Virus record (IMG/VR): IMGVR_UViG_3300031451_000149
Location: 1 to 59,966 of that record
DNA length: 59,966 nucleotides
From: a virus
Taxonomy: Duplodnaviria; Caudoviricetes
Strand: one strand, 5' to 3'
The notes below the pieces were generated by a model, which was not told the origin of the DNA, ran no database searches, and worked only from the letters and a program-made list of their open reading frames with translations. Of the stretch, positions 25,579 through 34,649 are shown piece after piece; positions within the stretch are counted from its first letter, which is position 1; each line of letters opens with the position of its first letter. A program made the translations under genes and the position numbers.

Positions 25579-26328
25579 CTAAAGGTTCTGGACGTAGAAG
25601 GCGGTGATGTCCGCCGAGGTGGCGTTAGGCGTGCAGGCCGCGGTCCAGTTGTTCGCCGCCGCCGCCTGCACCCATGCGCTGTCCACCGGCAGCATGACGC
25701 CGCGGGTGTCGCGAGACGGCACCTGGAACACCATGAACACCGTGCCGGCGGTCGCGTCCCGGATGGAGACGGCCATCGGTGCCGATCCGTTGTTCGTGAG
25801 GATCAGGCCATACACGTCGTTGAACACGCCCGCAGCGCCGGCCGCGACGATGGTGGTCTCGGCCGTGGACGCGGTGATGGTGACGTGCGTCTTGCCCTTC
25901 AGCTCGCGCACCGCGCCGACCGCGATCAGCTTGCCCAGTTTGTCGAAGGTGGCGTTGACGCGCTGGCCGTTAGCGACGGCGACCGGGTTCGCGGTGCGCG
26001 CCTGGCCGCCGATCTTGACGGGGTTGCCGGCGTCAGTTGCAGCGCTGGCCGTGTCGCCCATAGCCAAGCCGGGCACGGTGCCGTCGTCATAGAAGAACTC
26101 AAGCACGTCGGTTGCCAGCAGGCCCGTCATTGGGGCTTGGAGGGTGATCGTGCCCGCCGAGAATGCGCTGTAGCTCAACCCGGTCTGACCGACTGCATAG
26201 ATGGTCGTGGCTGCGGTAACATCCACAACCGCAAGCAGACCGGGGAGCGCAAAGCCGGAGTTGGCCGACAGGTTCAACGTCGCCGAACCGGGAGTGAATG
26301 TGTAGGTGAAGCGTGGGCTATATTTCAT
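25579..26328 (-). CDS. Putative virion appendage protein
   Basis: YTFTPG...DVLEFFYDD N-terminal module; DAGNPVKIGG repeat; beta-sandwich C-terminus. Confidence 0.72.
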   Translation of the reverse strand: MKYSPRFTYTFTPGSATLNLSANSGFALPGLLAVVDVTAATTIYAVGQTGLSYSAFSAGTITLQAPMTGLLATDVLEFFYDDGTVPGLAMGDTASAATDAGNPVKIGGQARTANPVAVANGQRVNATFDKLGKLIAVGAVRELKGKTHVTITASTAETTIVAAGAAGVFNDVYGLILTNNGSAPMAVSIRDATAGTVFMVFQVPSRDTRGVMLPVDSAWVQAAAANNWTAACTPNATSADITAFYVQNL

Positions 26329-26335
26329 GCGTCGC

Positions 26336-26626
26336 TCACCCGAAGATCAGGGCGTTGAGCATTGAGTTGGCCTTTGTCGCCCCGCCGAGCGCCGCGAGTG
26401 CCGCCGCAGCCGTTACCGCTCCGGTGCCGCCGCTGCTGATGGGCAGCGGGGTGGTGGCGGAAAGCGTCGTGAACGCCCCGGCGGCGGGTTTCACGCCGCC
26501 GATGACGACGTTTTCCATCGTGCCGCCGGCACCCACCACTTGGATGACGGTGCCAGCGGGCAGGACGGCTTCCTGTGCAACCTCTGCCGCCTGCGCCCGT
26601 GGCCCAGGAGTGACTTGCACCGCCAC
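26336..26626 (-). CDS. Short fibre-motif protein
   Basis: IGGVKPAAGAFTTL and LPISSGGTGAVTAAAALAALG trimeric-fibre motifs; ends ALIFG. Confidence 0.7.
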   Translation of the reverse strand: MAVQVTPGPRAQAAEVAQEAVLPAGTVIQVVGAGGTMENVVIGGVKPAAGAFTTLSATTPLPISSGGTGAVTAAAALAALGGATKANSMLNALIFG

Positions 26627-26629
26627 GGT

Positions 26630-27073
26630 CTATCGCAGGATCAGGATCATCTGCGTGCCGTTGGCCGGGTTGGCGCCGACCACCACTTGCGCGGTCGTGG
26701 TGGTCGGGAACAGCACGTCAGGCCCGGTGATGACCGCATCAACGTCTGACGGGTCATGCAGGCTCGCAACGAGGTTCTTCGTTCCCAGACCGTGCGTCAC
26801 GGTCTGGCTGGCCGAGGTTCCGTCCCAAGTGATCGTAGCCGAGAACTGCGCCGCAGCCGCACCGGGGGCGCCCACGCCTGCAATAAGGGTGAGGCCGGTC
26901 GTGTTGAAGGTGGCCGGCGTCGTGAGGGGCGCGTTGACGCTGTAGCTGCTGCCGGCGTTGGTCAGCACCGTGCCTGATGCAAAGGCAGTGCTGGCCACCC
27001 ATGGCGTTGAAGCTGAGAGCGGGTTGGACGCGACATTGGCCGCCTTGTTCCGAGGTCCAGGTGCGAAGGCCAT
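26630..27073 (-). CDS. Putative appendage adaptor protein
   Basis: PWVASTAFASG carbohydrate-binding-like segment plus VTHGLGTK...DPSD...NPANG domain shared with the neck protein C-terminus. Confidence 0.72.
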   Translation of the reverse strand: MAFAPGPRNKAANVASNPLSASTPWVASTAFASGTVLTNAGSSYSVNAPLTTPATFNTTGLTLIAGVGAPGAAAAQFSATITWDGTSASQTVTHGLGTKNLVASLHDPSDVDAVITGPDVLFPTTTTAQVVVGANPANGTQMILILR

Positions 27074-27078
27074 GAGGA

Positions 27079-27909
27079 TTAAATCCTTTCTATGAGCACG
27101 CGGAACGGCGTGTTGGCCGGCGGCGGCGCCCCGAACTCAATCTCGACAGTGCCAGGCGTGGGGGCGCGCTTGTCGAGGCCGGGTATCTCGACGTTGCCGT
27201 CCGAGGGGTCCTGCACGACGATGGTTACGTCCGTGCTGTTCAGCGGGTGCCGGATGATCAGGACGCTGGCAATGCCATTCGCGATGACAGTTTCAGCGTA
27301 GCTGTTGGCACCATGTGGCGAAGCAAAGGACGTGCCCCGCTGTGCCGTGCCAATTGGAGCCAGCGTCGTCCCGACATGTAAGATGCTGCCCTGATCCGCG
27401 ATCCGCGTGTCCGTGCGGAGCGTAGCTGCGAAGTCCTGCGGTACGGAGGCGGTCGGGTTCACCTGTAACACCGCGTCCGCCGTCCAGCGCGTCTCAACTT
27501 GGCCTTCGCCGTTTATGAACGGTGCTTGGCGGGGGTCGCCTGCGTAGAGAGGCTGGGCGTCTATGCCGGCACGGCGGAAGGCATCGCACGCCGCCGGGTC
27601 GCGCAGCAGGGTCGTGATGACCTGGATGGTTTCAGCCGCCGCGGGTCCATGCACATCTATCTGCACGGTCATCTGCGTAGCGGCCAGCACGCGCCGAGTG
27701 CCAGCGCCAGGCACGTCCTGGTAGGTGCTGACGTTCGTGGACAGCCGCCCGCGCAACGTCGGCGTCAGCATCACGAAGTCAGGCCCCAGCGGCTCGGGGA
27801 CGCGATTGTCCTGCCCTTGGACACATTCTGTGCCGATAGGTAGAATTGAGAGAATGAATAATCTAAGTGTTGTTAGGGCATCCGCTTCCGTTTGCGATAG
27901 CGAAACCAT
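27079..27909 (-). CDS. Neck/tail terminator protein with C-terminal extra domain
   Basis: Start MVSLSQ (GGAG RBS); QGQDNRVPEP...VQIDVHG...PLYAGDPRQAPFIN...RW...PQDFA, then about 110-aa extension. Confidence 0.85.
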   Translation of the reverse strand: MVSLSQTEADALTTLRLFILSILPIGTECVQGQDNRVPEPLGPDFVMLTPTLRGRLSTNVSTYQDVPGAGTRRVLAATQMTVQIDVHGPAAAETIQVITTLLRDPAACDAFRRAGIDAQPLYAGDPRQAPFINGEGQVETRWTADAVLQVNPTASVPQDFAATLRTDTRIADQGSILHVGTTLAPIGTAQRGTSFASPHGANSYAETVIANGIASVLIIRHPLNSTDVTIVVQDPSDGNVEIPGLDKRAPTPGTVEIEFGAPPPANTPFRVLIERI

Positions 27910-28591
27910 TTCGCTTCTCCGCATGATATCGTTTTAGCCCTGCGCTTACTTTTGCTTTGTGCTCATCAGTGATAGAGCCAGTTCTGGACAAACCAGGGTT
28001 TGGACGCGCCTTGGCTATAGCAGACATCTTCGCGCGGAACTCATCGCTTCGCTTCTTGCCTCTGCAAGCATCAGCACGTTTGCGTTTTTCTTCCTCAGAC
28101 TGCTTACGTCCTATAGCAATTGACAACAACCGGCCTTTCTCAGTCTCTGAAACCTTTCGGCCCGCTAAAGCAACCGCAACTCGTGTCACATGCTCTAACG
28201 ACTTAGGCTTTCCTTTTAATGAGGCTGAAATTCTTGCGCGAACGTCATCGGACCTTGGAGGACGCCTTTGGGCTGCGGCAGACATCTTGGCCCTTGTCTC
28301 AGCACAAGGAGTAGTGCCACCTCTTCCTCCAAAGTGAAAATTTACGAGATCGCACCCCTCAGCGCGCAAGCGTGCAATCTCTGATATCTCTAAGGCGTAT
28401 GCATCCTGCTCTGACGCGCAATAGACGACGCGAACAGCTATTGAGTCAGCACCATACTTTGCAACAACCGATCTATACCAGGCGTTCCTATTTTTACTAT
28501 AGATAGTTGACGCTCTTTTTCCAGAACCCTTACCGACGTAGAATGGAACTCCGTCTGGCTTGCAGTGGTAATAGACATAGTGGTGCGACAT
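27863..28591 (-). CDS. Free-standing GIY-YIG homing endonuclease with NUMOD3 repeats
   Basis: YVYYHCKPDGVPFYVGKG..KR; ETRAKMS, GKPKSLEH, GRKQSEEEKRK, GKKRSDEFRAKMS; low GC. Confidence 0.88.
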   Translation of the reverse strand: MSHHYVYYHCKPDGVPFYVGKGSGKRASTIYSKNRNAWYRSVVAKYGADSIAVRVVYCASEQDAYALEISEIARLRAEGCDLVNFHFGGRGGTTPCAETRAKMSAAAQRRPPRSDDVRARISASLKGKPKSLEHVTRVAVALAGRKVSETEKGRLLSIAIGRKQSEEEKRKRADACRGKKRSDEFRAKMSAIAKARPNPGLSRTGSITDEHKAKVSAGLKRYHAEKRNGFAIANGSGCPNNT

Positions 28592-28609
28592 AGAAAGAGT
28601 CTATCACAA

Positions 28610-28993
28610 CTAAGGGGACTGTAAAGTAGCAGTAACCGCAGTCCAGTCAGGCCACTGTTCTAAAATTGCCGTTACTAGATACGACTGCGTTCCGTGGATG
28701 GCGTCCTGCAACGTGATGAGATCGCCACCCTTGCGGCTGGAGCGCACCACGCCGTTGATCGGGTCGGACAGGTAAACCTTGTGCGTGCTGCCCTGGATGT
28801 TCAGCCCGGACAACTGCATCAGGTCGCGTGTGGTCAGCGCCTGCACCTGCGCCATCATGGACACGGGAGCGGCATAGGTCGGTATGCGCTTGCCGTCCGG
28901 CGCCGTAGTGGACCCGGCGCTGTGCTGCACGGTGCAGGGCACGTCAGGGTTCACGCTGTTGATTGCGCCGCGAACGATGCCGTGCAGGTTCAT
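28610..28993 (-). CDS. Head-tail adaptor/head closure protein
   Basis: MNLHGIVRGAINSVNP...AQVQAL...GGDLI...LEQWPDW. Confidence 0.85.
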   Translation of the reverse strand: MNLHGIVRGAINSVNPDVPCTVQHSAGSTTAPDGKRIPTYAAPVSMMAQVQALTTRDLMQLSGLNIQGSTHKVYLSDPINGVVRSSRKGGDLITLQDAIHGTQSYLVTAILEQWPDWTAVTATLQSP

Positions 28994-29211
28994 CCGTCAG
29001 CCTGCCGTAGCTGTTCAACCGTCTTCGGCTCTTCGCGCATGGTGAACCAGCCCTTAGTGACCTCCCGCATCGGGGGCGGCTGACGGAGGGCGGGCGGTGG
29101 CTTTGTACCGGCGGGCATCGGGATATTCAGACTGGTTGCCGGGATCGGGCCATGTGCAGGCGGTGTGAGCAATGCCAGCAGACGGCGCAGGAAAGCGCGA
29201 ATCGTATTCAT
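28990..29211 (-). CDS. Hypothetical protein
   Basis: 73-aa ORF coupled by 4-nt overlaps on both sides. Confidence 0.6.
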   Translation of the reverse strand: MNTIRAFLRRLLALLTPPAHGPIPATSLNIPMPAGTKPPPALRQPPPMREVTKGWFTMREEPKTVEQLRQADG

Positions 29212-29657
29212 TTGGTATCCACCGCGTAATCCACGCTGTTCAGCATGTGCCCGGTATCAACCAAGGGCTTGGCGCTGCCCTTGGCAGCGATGGTTGCAGG
29301 GGCCAGCAGCGGGGCGGTCAACGCCACAATGCTGTCCCGCAACTGCCCGGCTATGCCGTCACCCATCAGGCGCAAAGCCGTCTCGCCGTCATAGCCGTGC
29401 GTCACCAGCAGCCCGGCCAGGATGCCGCCCCACTCAGGTGCGCGTTGCGCGATCATGCTGCGGAAGTAGGGCCGCGGCGGAATGCCCTTAGCGGGCGCAC
29501 CGAACTCCTGGATGGCGGCCACCATGGGCACGCTGGTGCCGTCCCGGTAGGTCGCGCCTTCCAGGAACCCCACGCGCAACGTGCCGGGAGCTTCGATCCT
29601 GCCCGCGATCTGTTTGAGGTAGGCGTCCAGCTTTTTGCCGCCGGTCATGCCGGCCAT
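29208..29657 (-). CDS. Tail completion/neck protein
   Basis: LRVGFLEGATY...QEFGAP..IPPRPYFR...KPLVDTGHMLNSV. Confidence 0.85.
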   Translation of the reverse strand: MAGMTGGKKLDAYLKQIAGRIEAPGTLRVGFLEGATYRDGTSVPMVAAIQEFGAPAKGIPPRPYFRSMIAQRAPEWGGILAGLLVTHGYDGETALRLMGDGIAGQLRDSIVALTAPLLAPATIAAKGSAKPLVDTGHMLNSVDYAVDTK

Positions 29658-30091
29658 CAGCAGCGGCCCATGACGCCGAGGCCGGGACGGCGCGGCGGCG
29701 GCACGTAGCGGGCACCCAGGCGGTAGGGGGCCATGGCCTGCCAGAACTCGGCACCGTAGGGCGTCTGCAGCCAGTAGGCCGACTGCGCCGTGACCGGTCC
29801 CATGTCTGCGCTGACGGACACCGACCCCTCGCCTGCGCTGCTCACGCGGCCGACCAAGCCTGATGGCCCCTGCCCTGGCGCAATCGATCCATGCAGTTGC
29901 GCCATGTGCGCGGTCACGAGGTAGAGCATCGCTGTGCGAGTGGCCGGATCAGCAACCGGCCCCGTGTCGCTGTTGGGCAGCATCAGCCCGGCGCGCGCAA
30001 AGAACCCGGTCGCCTGCGGGGCCGCCACGCGCCCGGTGAATTCCGGGAACATGCCAGCCCAATCCGCATAGACGAACGGGACGGCGGGCAC
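29657..30091 (-). CDS. Head-tail connector (DUF4054 family)
   Basis: FPEF...LYLVTAH...GRVSSAGEGSVSVS...QTPYGAEFW. Confidence 0.88.
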   Translation of the reverse strand: MPAVPFVYADWAGMFPEFTGRVAAPQATGFFARAGLMLPNSDTGPVADPATRTAMLYLVTAHMAQLHGSIAPGQGPSGLVGRVSSAGEGSVSVSADMGPVTAQSAYWLQTPYGAEFWQAMAPYRLGARYVPPPRRPGLGVMGRC

Positions 30092-30094
30092 GGG

Positions 30095-30484
30095 TTAGGC
30101 CGGCGGCGCGGCGGCGGGCGTGGACGGCGCGATCTTGCTGTCCTTCATGGCCTTGAGGTCGGCCACGTCAGCCCGCTCGGTCGGCGCGGGCAGCGCTGCG
30201 GGTGCAGCAGCAACGGGGGTGGCGGCAGGCTGGGGCATGGCCTTCTTGGCCTCGTCCACCTTGGCCGGCTCGACCTTCTGGATCAGCTTGTCGCGCACCG
30301 CGTCGGACTTCTCGTGCAGCTTCATCCAAGCGTCGAACGCCTCGGCATCCACGCCCTCGGTGAGGCCGGCGCCATCCAGCGCCTCGCGGTGGTTGCTGCC
30401 GTTGATGACGACGGGAGGGTGGTCCTCCACGGCCATGCGGATGGCCATGGGCAGGCGGGAGGCAACAGTGATGGTGTCGGGCAT
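30095..30484 (-). CDS. Head-associated protein, paralogue of upstream neighbour
   Basis: VASRLP...GAGLTEGVDAEAFDAWM....SDAVRDKLI. Confidence 0.75.
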   Translation of the reverse strand: MPDTITVASRLPMAIRMAVEDHPPVVINGSNHREALDGAGLTEGVDAEAFDAWMKLHEKSDAVRDKLIQKVEPAKVDEAKKAMPQPAATPVAAAPAALPAPTERADVADLKAMKDSKIAPSTPAAAPPA

Positions 30485-30500
30485 GGTGGGGTCCTTTCGT

Positions 30501-30929
30501 TCAAACAGGCGGGCGCGGGGCTTTTTCGATCTTGCTGCGAACGAACTCGGGGGGCAGCTTGTCGGGGTTCAGCGGCTCCAGGCCGGACAGGATTTCGGCC
30601 TGCTCCCTGGCCTTGCCGGTCGCCATGCCAGGCTTCTCATCGGCGAAGATCAGCCGGTTCTTTACCACGTCGCTGTCACGGTTCTGCTCCAGCCAGCGCG
30701 CCCAGATGGCAGCGTCCACCCCATGCGTGACGGCATAGCCGCCGACGATGCGAGGGTCGTCAAAGCCGCGGCGACCGACGCCGCGGATGGATACGCGCCC
30801 ATCCGCGACCGCGCGCTGCACGGTGCGGCTGCCACCACCCATGACCGGCTCCACATGCCCTTCCATGCGGAATACGGTCAGGTGCAGCCCGTTGGGCAGC
30901 TTGCAGCACACGTCCACGGTCGCCGCCAT
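30501..30929 (-). CDS. Head-associated protein (post-capsid gene)
   Basis: VCCKLPNGL...GGYAVTHGVDAAIWARWLEQNRDSDVVKNRLIFA...SGLEPLNP. Confidence 0.8.
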   Translation of the reverse strand: MAATVDVCCKLPNGLHLTVFRMEGHVEPVMGGGSRTVQRAVADGRVSIRGVGRRGFDDPRIVGGYAVTHGVDAAIWARWLEQNRDSDVVKNRLIFADEKPGMATGKAREQAEILSGLEPLNPDKLPPEFVRSKIEKAPRPPV

Positions 30930-30932
30930 GGG

Positions 30933-31988
30933 CTACAGCCCGATCATGGTAGCAACGGCCTGCGGGTAGCGGATCACCGCGCCCCAGGTGCCGGATGTCT
31001 TCCGCTGCTTGAAGCTAGCCGTATCCGGCACCAACCGATGATCGCGCAGCTTCTCGTTGAAGGCGCAGTAGCCCGTAGCGTTGCCGTCGAACTCGGTAGC
31101 GATAAGCTGCATGATGTTGCCGGCTGGCGTCGCATAGCGGGGGTCCACGATGATCTCTAGGTTCGGGAACCCATCCTTCAGCAGCCCGCGGATTTGGACG
31201 TTGAACTGGTTGACCGCCGTCAGCGCGCTGGCCACCGTGTTGGGCAGCACAACCTTCATCTTGGTGTCCTGGTCAATCAGACCGGCGCTCTGCGTCAGCA
31301 GCTCGGCATAGAGCAACTGGAAATCCGCGAACGCCTCGCGCGGATCGGCAGTCAACTGGCCGTTGTTGACCCACTTGCTGCCGCCGATGGCCTTGGTGGT
31401 GGGCGTCAGCGCCGGGGACAGGCCGGGATCGTTCAGGCAGCCGTAGTTGCGAAGCCCGGCGACGCCGAAGTGGTAGGTGTAATCCAGGAACTTGTCCAAG
31501 GTCTTGGCGGCGCTGACCTGCTTCTCGCTGATCCAGGACAGCCGCGCCAACCCGGCGCGCTCCACCTCAAGGTCGCCGTAGATGATGTGCGTCTGGAACA
31601 GGTAGGCGTCGCGCTCCACGAAGGAGGCGTTCACGTCGCTGATGCCGTTGTTGTTGAAGTCGCCGTAGCTGCTGACCTCGCCAGTGTTCTCCACCACCGT
31701 GAAGAAGGCGGTCTGGCTGGTCCAGTTGCCGTTCTTCTTCTCGGGGTAGATTTGCGCGCCCTTGTTCGGGGTCTGCAACACGCGCACCACCTCGGGGTCG
31801 AAATAGGCGGTCAGCCACGTCGGGATGCCGCCGTTGGGCACCGTGACGAGCGTAGGCTGCGCGTCCATCGCCAAGCCGAAGTCGGACCTGAACTCGTCGG
31901 GCATGTAGTCCAGCGCCAGCGCGGGGACGATGCCCCACTCGCGCTCCAAGCGCGCGGCGTCGCGGGTGAAACTTGGATTGTGCTTCAT
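30933..31988 (-). CDS. Major capsid protein (DUF2184-type)
   Basis: AMDAQPTLVT.PNGGIP...E.TGEVSSYGD...LNDP...FNEKLR.H...GTWGAVI. Confidence 0.92.
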   Translation of the reverse strand: MKHNPSFTRDAARLEREWGIVPALALDYMPDEFRSDFGLAMDAQPTLVTVPNGGIPTWLTAYFDPEVVRVLQTPNKGAQIYPEKKNGNWTSQTAFFTVVENTGEVSSYGDFNNNGISDVNASFVERDAYLFQTHIIYGDLEVERAGLARLSWISEKQVSAAKTLDKFLDYTYHFGVAGLRNYGCLNDPGLSPALTPTTKAIGGSKWVNNGQLTADPREAFADFQLLYAELLTQSAGLIDQDTKMKVVLPNTVASALTAVNQFNVQIRGLLKDGFPNLEIIVDPRYATPAGNIMQLIATEFDGNATGYCAFNEKLRDHRLVPDTASFKQRKTSGTWGAVIRYPQAVATMIGL

Positions 31989-32000
31989 GGCATCCGCTCC

Positions 32001-32495
32001 TTAACCGAGCTGCATGGTGGTGATCTTGACCAGCTCGCCGCCCGCAGCCGGCGTGGCGGCGAACCAGCGGGTCTCGACAGACCCGGCTACGGTGGCGCCC
32101 GGCGCCCCGAAAGACACGCTGCCGTCCGTGGTGCTGGCGAACGCCTTCATGCCGCGGGTGGACGCTGACGTGCCGGTGTTGCGCGCCAAGAAGTCGCCGC
32201 CGTCGAACATCTCGCCGACACCCTGGCCGGGTAGGATCGTCATGCCGCCCTCGACCGCGTAGGGGTTGAACGATCCCTGCATGGCACGGTGGATGAAGCA
32301 GGCCGGGGCGCCCGTGCCGGTGTTGGACAGGATGGTGCCGGTGGCATCGGTCCAGGCGAAGCGCCCGATGGTCAGGCCCTGCGGCCCCGCTAGGAAGCCG
32401 CCGGGAACCGATAGGAGCGAGTGGCGCGGGTTGACGCTGGCGAAGTCACCCTCGACGCCGGGCGCCTGGGTGGTGTTGACTTGATTAGGAAACAT
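32001..32495 (-). CDS. Head decoration/cement protein
   Basis: FPNQVNTTQAPGVEGDFASVNPR...GRFAW...ELVKIT; precedes capsid gene. Confidence 0.82.
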   Translation of the reverse strand: MFPNQVNTTQAPGVEGDFASVNPRHSLLSVPGGFLAGPQGLTIGRFAWTDATGTILSNTGTGAPACFIHRAMQGSFNPYAVEGGMTILPGQGVGEMFDGGDFLARNTGTSASTRGMKAFASTTDGSVSFGAPGATVAGSVETRWFAATPAAGGELVKITTMQLG

Positions 32496-32506
32496 TCATT
32501 TCATCC

Positions 32507-32522
32507 TGCTATAGTATGAACG
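32507..32522 (+). promoter_or_regulatory. Extended -10 promoter for the HNH gene
   Basis: TGCTATAGT; the 14-mer CTATAGTATGAACG recurs as CTATAGTATAAACG at 2161-2174. Confidence 0.55.
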
Positions 32523-32544
32523 TGGAAGCAGAGGATCGCTCGAA

Positions 32545-33246
32545 GTGAACAGGGATGAAGCGAAAGCCCAGGGGTTGAAGACTTACGCATCAAATGCGCC
32601 GTGCAAACACGGCCATGATCCTGAAAGGTTTACATCCAACGGAAAATGCGTCCATTGCGTGTCCCAGCAAAACAAGAACTTGCACGCTCAGAAGGGCGTT
32701 GAATGGAGCAGGCAGCGATATCAAGAGCAGCGGATTAACATACTGACACGGCAAAAGAAGGCACGACGCGAGCGAGGCTTGAAGCGACCAGGGCCACCGC
32801 CTCGGCTAACAGAAGATCAAAGAAAGGCGAATAAGCTGGCATGGTTCGTTGTCAATGCGGAGAAAATCCGCGTCTATCAACAATCTCGATATCTTCGGCA
32901 GCGCAAAGCTAGACTAGAGGCTGCAAAGCGATACCGTGAACAGAACCCTGATTCCTGCCGTGCGCTGAAGCGAACCGTTGAATCCGCACGCCGGGCACGG
33001 AAACGAAATGCGCCAGGCGCCCATACACGGGCCGACCTTGAGGATATTAGGAGACTACAGCGTAACAAATGCGCGGAGTGTCGCCAAAAACTAAGCGATA
33101 GTTTCCATGCTGATCATATTTTGCCCTTAACCAAAGGAGGATCAAACGACAGGCGCAATATTCAACTCCTTTGCCATCGGTGCAACTCTTCCAAAGGCGC
33201 GAAGCACCCGGTTGAGTGGGCGCGCTGGCAAGGCCGCCTGATCTAA
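32545..33246 (+). CDS. HNH endonuclease, antisense insertion in head module
   Basis: EAKAQGLKTY...PCKHGH...CVHC N-terminus; CAEC...HADHILPL.KGGSN...NIQLLCHRCNSSKG; low GC. Confidence 0.9.
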   Translation: MNRDEAKAQGLKTYASNAPCKHGHDPERFTSNGKCVHCVSQQNKNLHAQKGVEWSRQRYQEQRINILTRQKKARRERGLKRPGPPPRLTEDQRKANKLAWFVVNAEKIRVYQQSRYLRQRKARLEAAKRYREQNPDSCRALKRTVESARRARKRNAPGAHTRADLEDIRRLQRNKCAECRQKLSDSFHADHILPLTKGGSNDRRNIQLLCHRCNSSKGAKHPVEWARWQGRLI

Positions 33247-33249
33247 TCC

Positions 33250-34059
33250 TTATCGGGCCAAGCGGTTGGCGTTGGGGAACCGCTTGTCGAAAGCGGCGGT
33301 GGTGGTGGCGTCCATCGCCACCTTGCTGGCCTGCGGCTTGGCCTCTCCCGGCTTGGGCAGCGCCCGCAGCACGGCGCCGTATGCCTCGGGTGGCAGGCCA
33401 GTCAGGTCCACGCCTTGGGCGTCCAGCGCCAGCTTGTAGATCGCAGCCGCCGTATCGGGCGCGGCGTCCAGCGCGCCCAGGAAGGGCTGCACGTCCCGCT
33501 CGGCCTGACGGGCGGCGCTCAGACGCGCAATGGTCGCGTCCTGGGCGCTCTTGGCGGCAGCGTCGGCCGCCAGCGTGATCGCAGCGTCCATCGCGGCCTT
33601 GGTGATCGGCGCGGGCTTGCCCTTGCCATCGTCCTGGGCGGCCGGGGACGCGGGGTCGGCAGACGGCGCCAGCATGGCCTTGAGCGCGGCCAAGTCCTCG
33701 GCGGACAGCTTGCCCGTCAGGAACTCCATCACCTTGGCGGGCAGCTCGCCTTCATCCTTGGCGACGGGATCGGCGGCACCCTCGCCAGCCACCACCTCCG
33801 CAACCTCGTCGGCCACGTCGTCCAGGGTGTCCAGCAGTTCGATCACGTCTTCAAGGTCGGCGTCCTTGGCCAGCTTGCCCTTCACGGCAGCGTCCAGGGC
33901 GACCTTGATTTTGGGCTTGTCGGCCTTCCACGTCTTGCCCGTGACGCCTGCCAGAAGGGGAGACAGCGCAACCTTCGCGTCCTGCGCCAGCTTGGGCGTC
34001 AGGTAAACTTGCAGCGCGCCCATCGTACGGGCGGCCTGTCGGGTGAGAGGCTTCGCCAT
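33250..34059 (-). CDS. Capsid scaffold-like protein (normally the C-terminal part of the DUF2213 protein)
   Basis: AAGGAG RBS; LAQDA/LAKDA/AMDA motifs; A.RDVQPFLG...IYKLALD. Confidence 0.8.
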   Translation of the reverse strand: MAKPLTRQAARTMGALQVYLTPKLAQDAKVALSPLLAGVTGKTWKADKPKIKVALDAAVKGKLAKDADLEDVIELLDTLDDVADEVAEVVAGEGAADPVAKDEGELPAKVMEFLTGKLSAEDLAALKAMLAPSADPASPAAQDDGKGKPAPITKAAMDAAITLAADAAAKSAQDATIARLSAARQAERDVQPFLGALDAAPDTAAAIYKLALDAQGVDLTGLPPEAYGAVLRALPKPGEAKPQASKVAMDATTTAAFDKRFPNANRLAR

Positions 34060-34649
34060 GGGGCGCGCTCCTTGGGTTGAGGGTTGGGGATAGACTTCAG
34101 GGCGGCATCGCCCACGATCACGTCGCTGCCGGCGCGTCCGGCTTCGACAAAGGCGACGTGGTTGCCGCGGATGTTCCGCATCACCCCGTCGTAGCGAACG
34201 CCGTCGTAGGTGCCGGGCGTCATATCGGCGTCGTAGCGGTAGCTGCTGCTGACCTCGCGTTGGCTATCGTCCTGGATGCCCTTGATGGCATCGGCATCCC
34301 ACACGGTGGCGTCTCCGGCGCGCAGGTAAGGCGGGTCCCAGTGGACGTTCTGCACGGCACCAACCGTGATTTCGTGGTCGTGATCCGCAGCAGTTTGCGG
34401 CTTGTGGACAGACAGCAGCGGCTTGCCGTTGAAGGTGCCGACAGCCTTGGCCAGCTCCTCGGGATCGCGGAGCAACTGGTAGATGCGGTCAGTTTGCAAC
34501 CCCAGCGCGTCGGCGGCGGGTATCTCGCGTCCGTAGTAGCCGCAGACGTTGGCCTTGCTGATCGGCATGTCGCTGACGTGCAAGTGGCCGTCCTGGTCAA
34601 TGCGGCGGCTGGACGCGGCGCGGTCCAGCGCAAGGCGGTCTTGAGACAT
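33999..34649 (-). CDS. DUF2213 prohead protease-like domain
   Basis: DGHLHV...ISKANVCGYYGREIP...REVSSSYRY...GNHVAFVEAGRAGSDV. Confidence 0.88.
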   Translation of the reverse strand: MSQDRLALDRAASSRRIDQDGHLHVSDMPISKANVCGYYGREIPAADALGLQTDRIYQLLRDPEELAKAVGTFNGKPLLSVHKPQTAADHDHEITVGAVQNVHWDPPYLRAGDATVWDADAIKGIQDDSQREVSSSYRYDADMTPGTYDGVRYDGVMRNIRGNHVAFVEAGRAGSDVIVGDAALKSIPNPQPKERAPWRSLSPDRPPVRWARCKFT

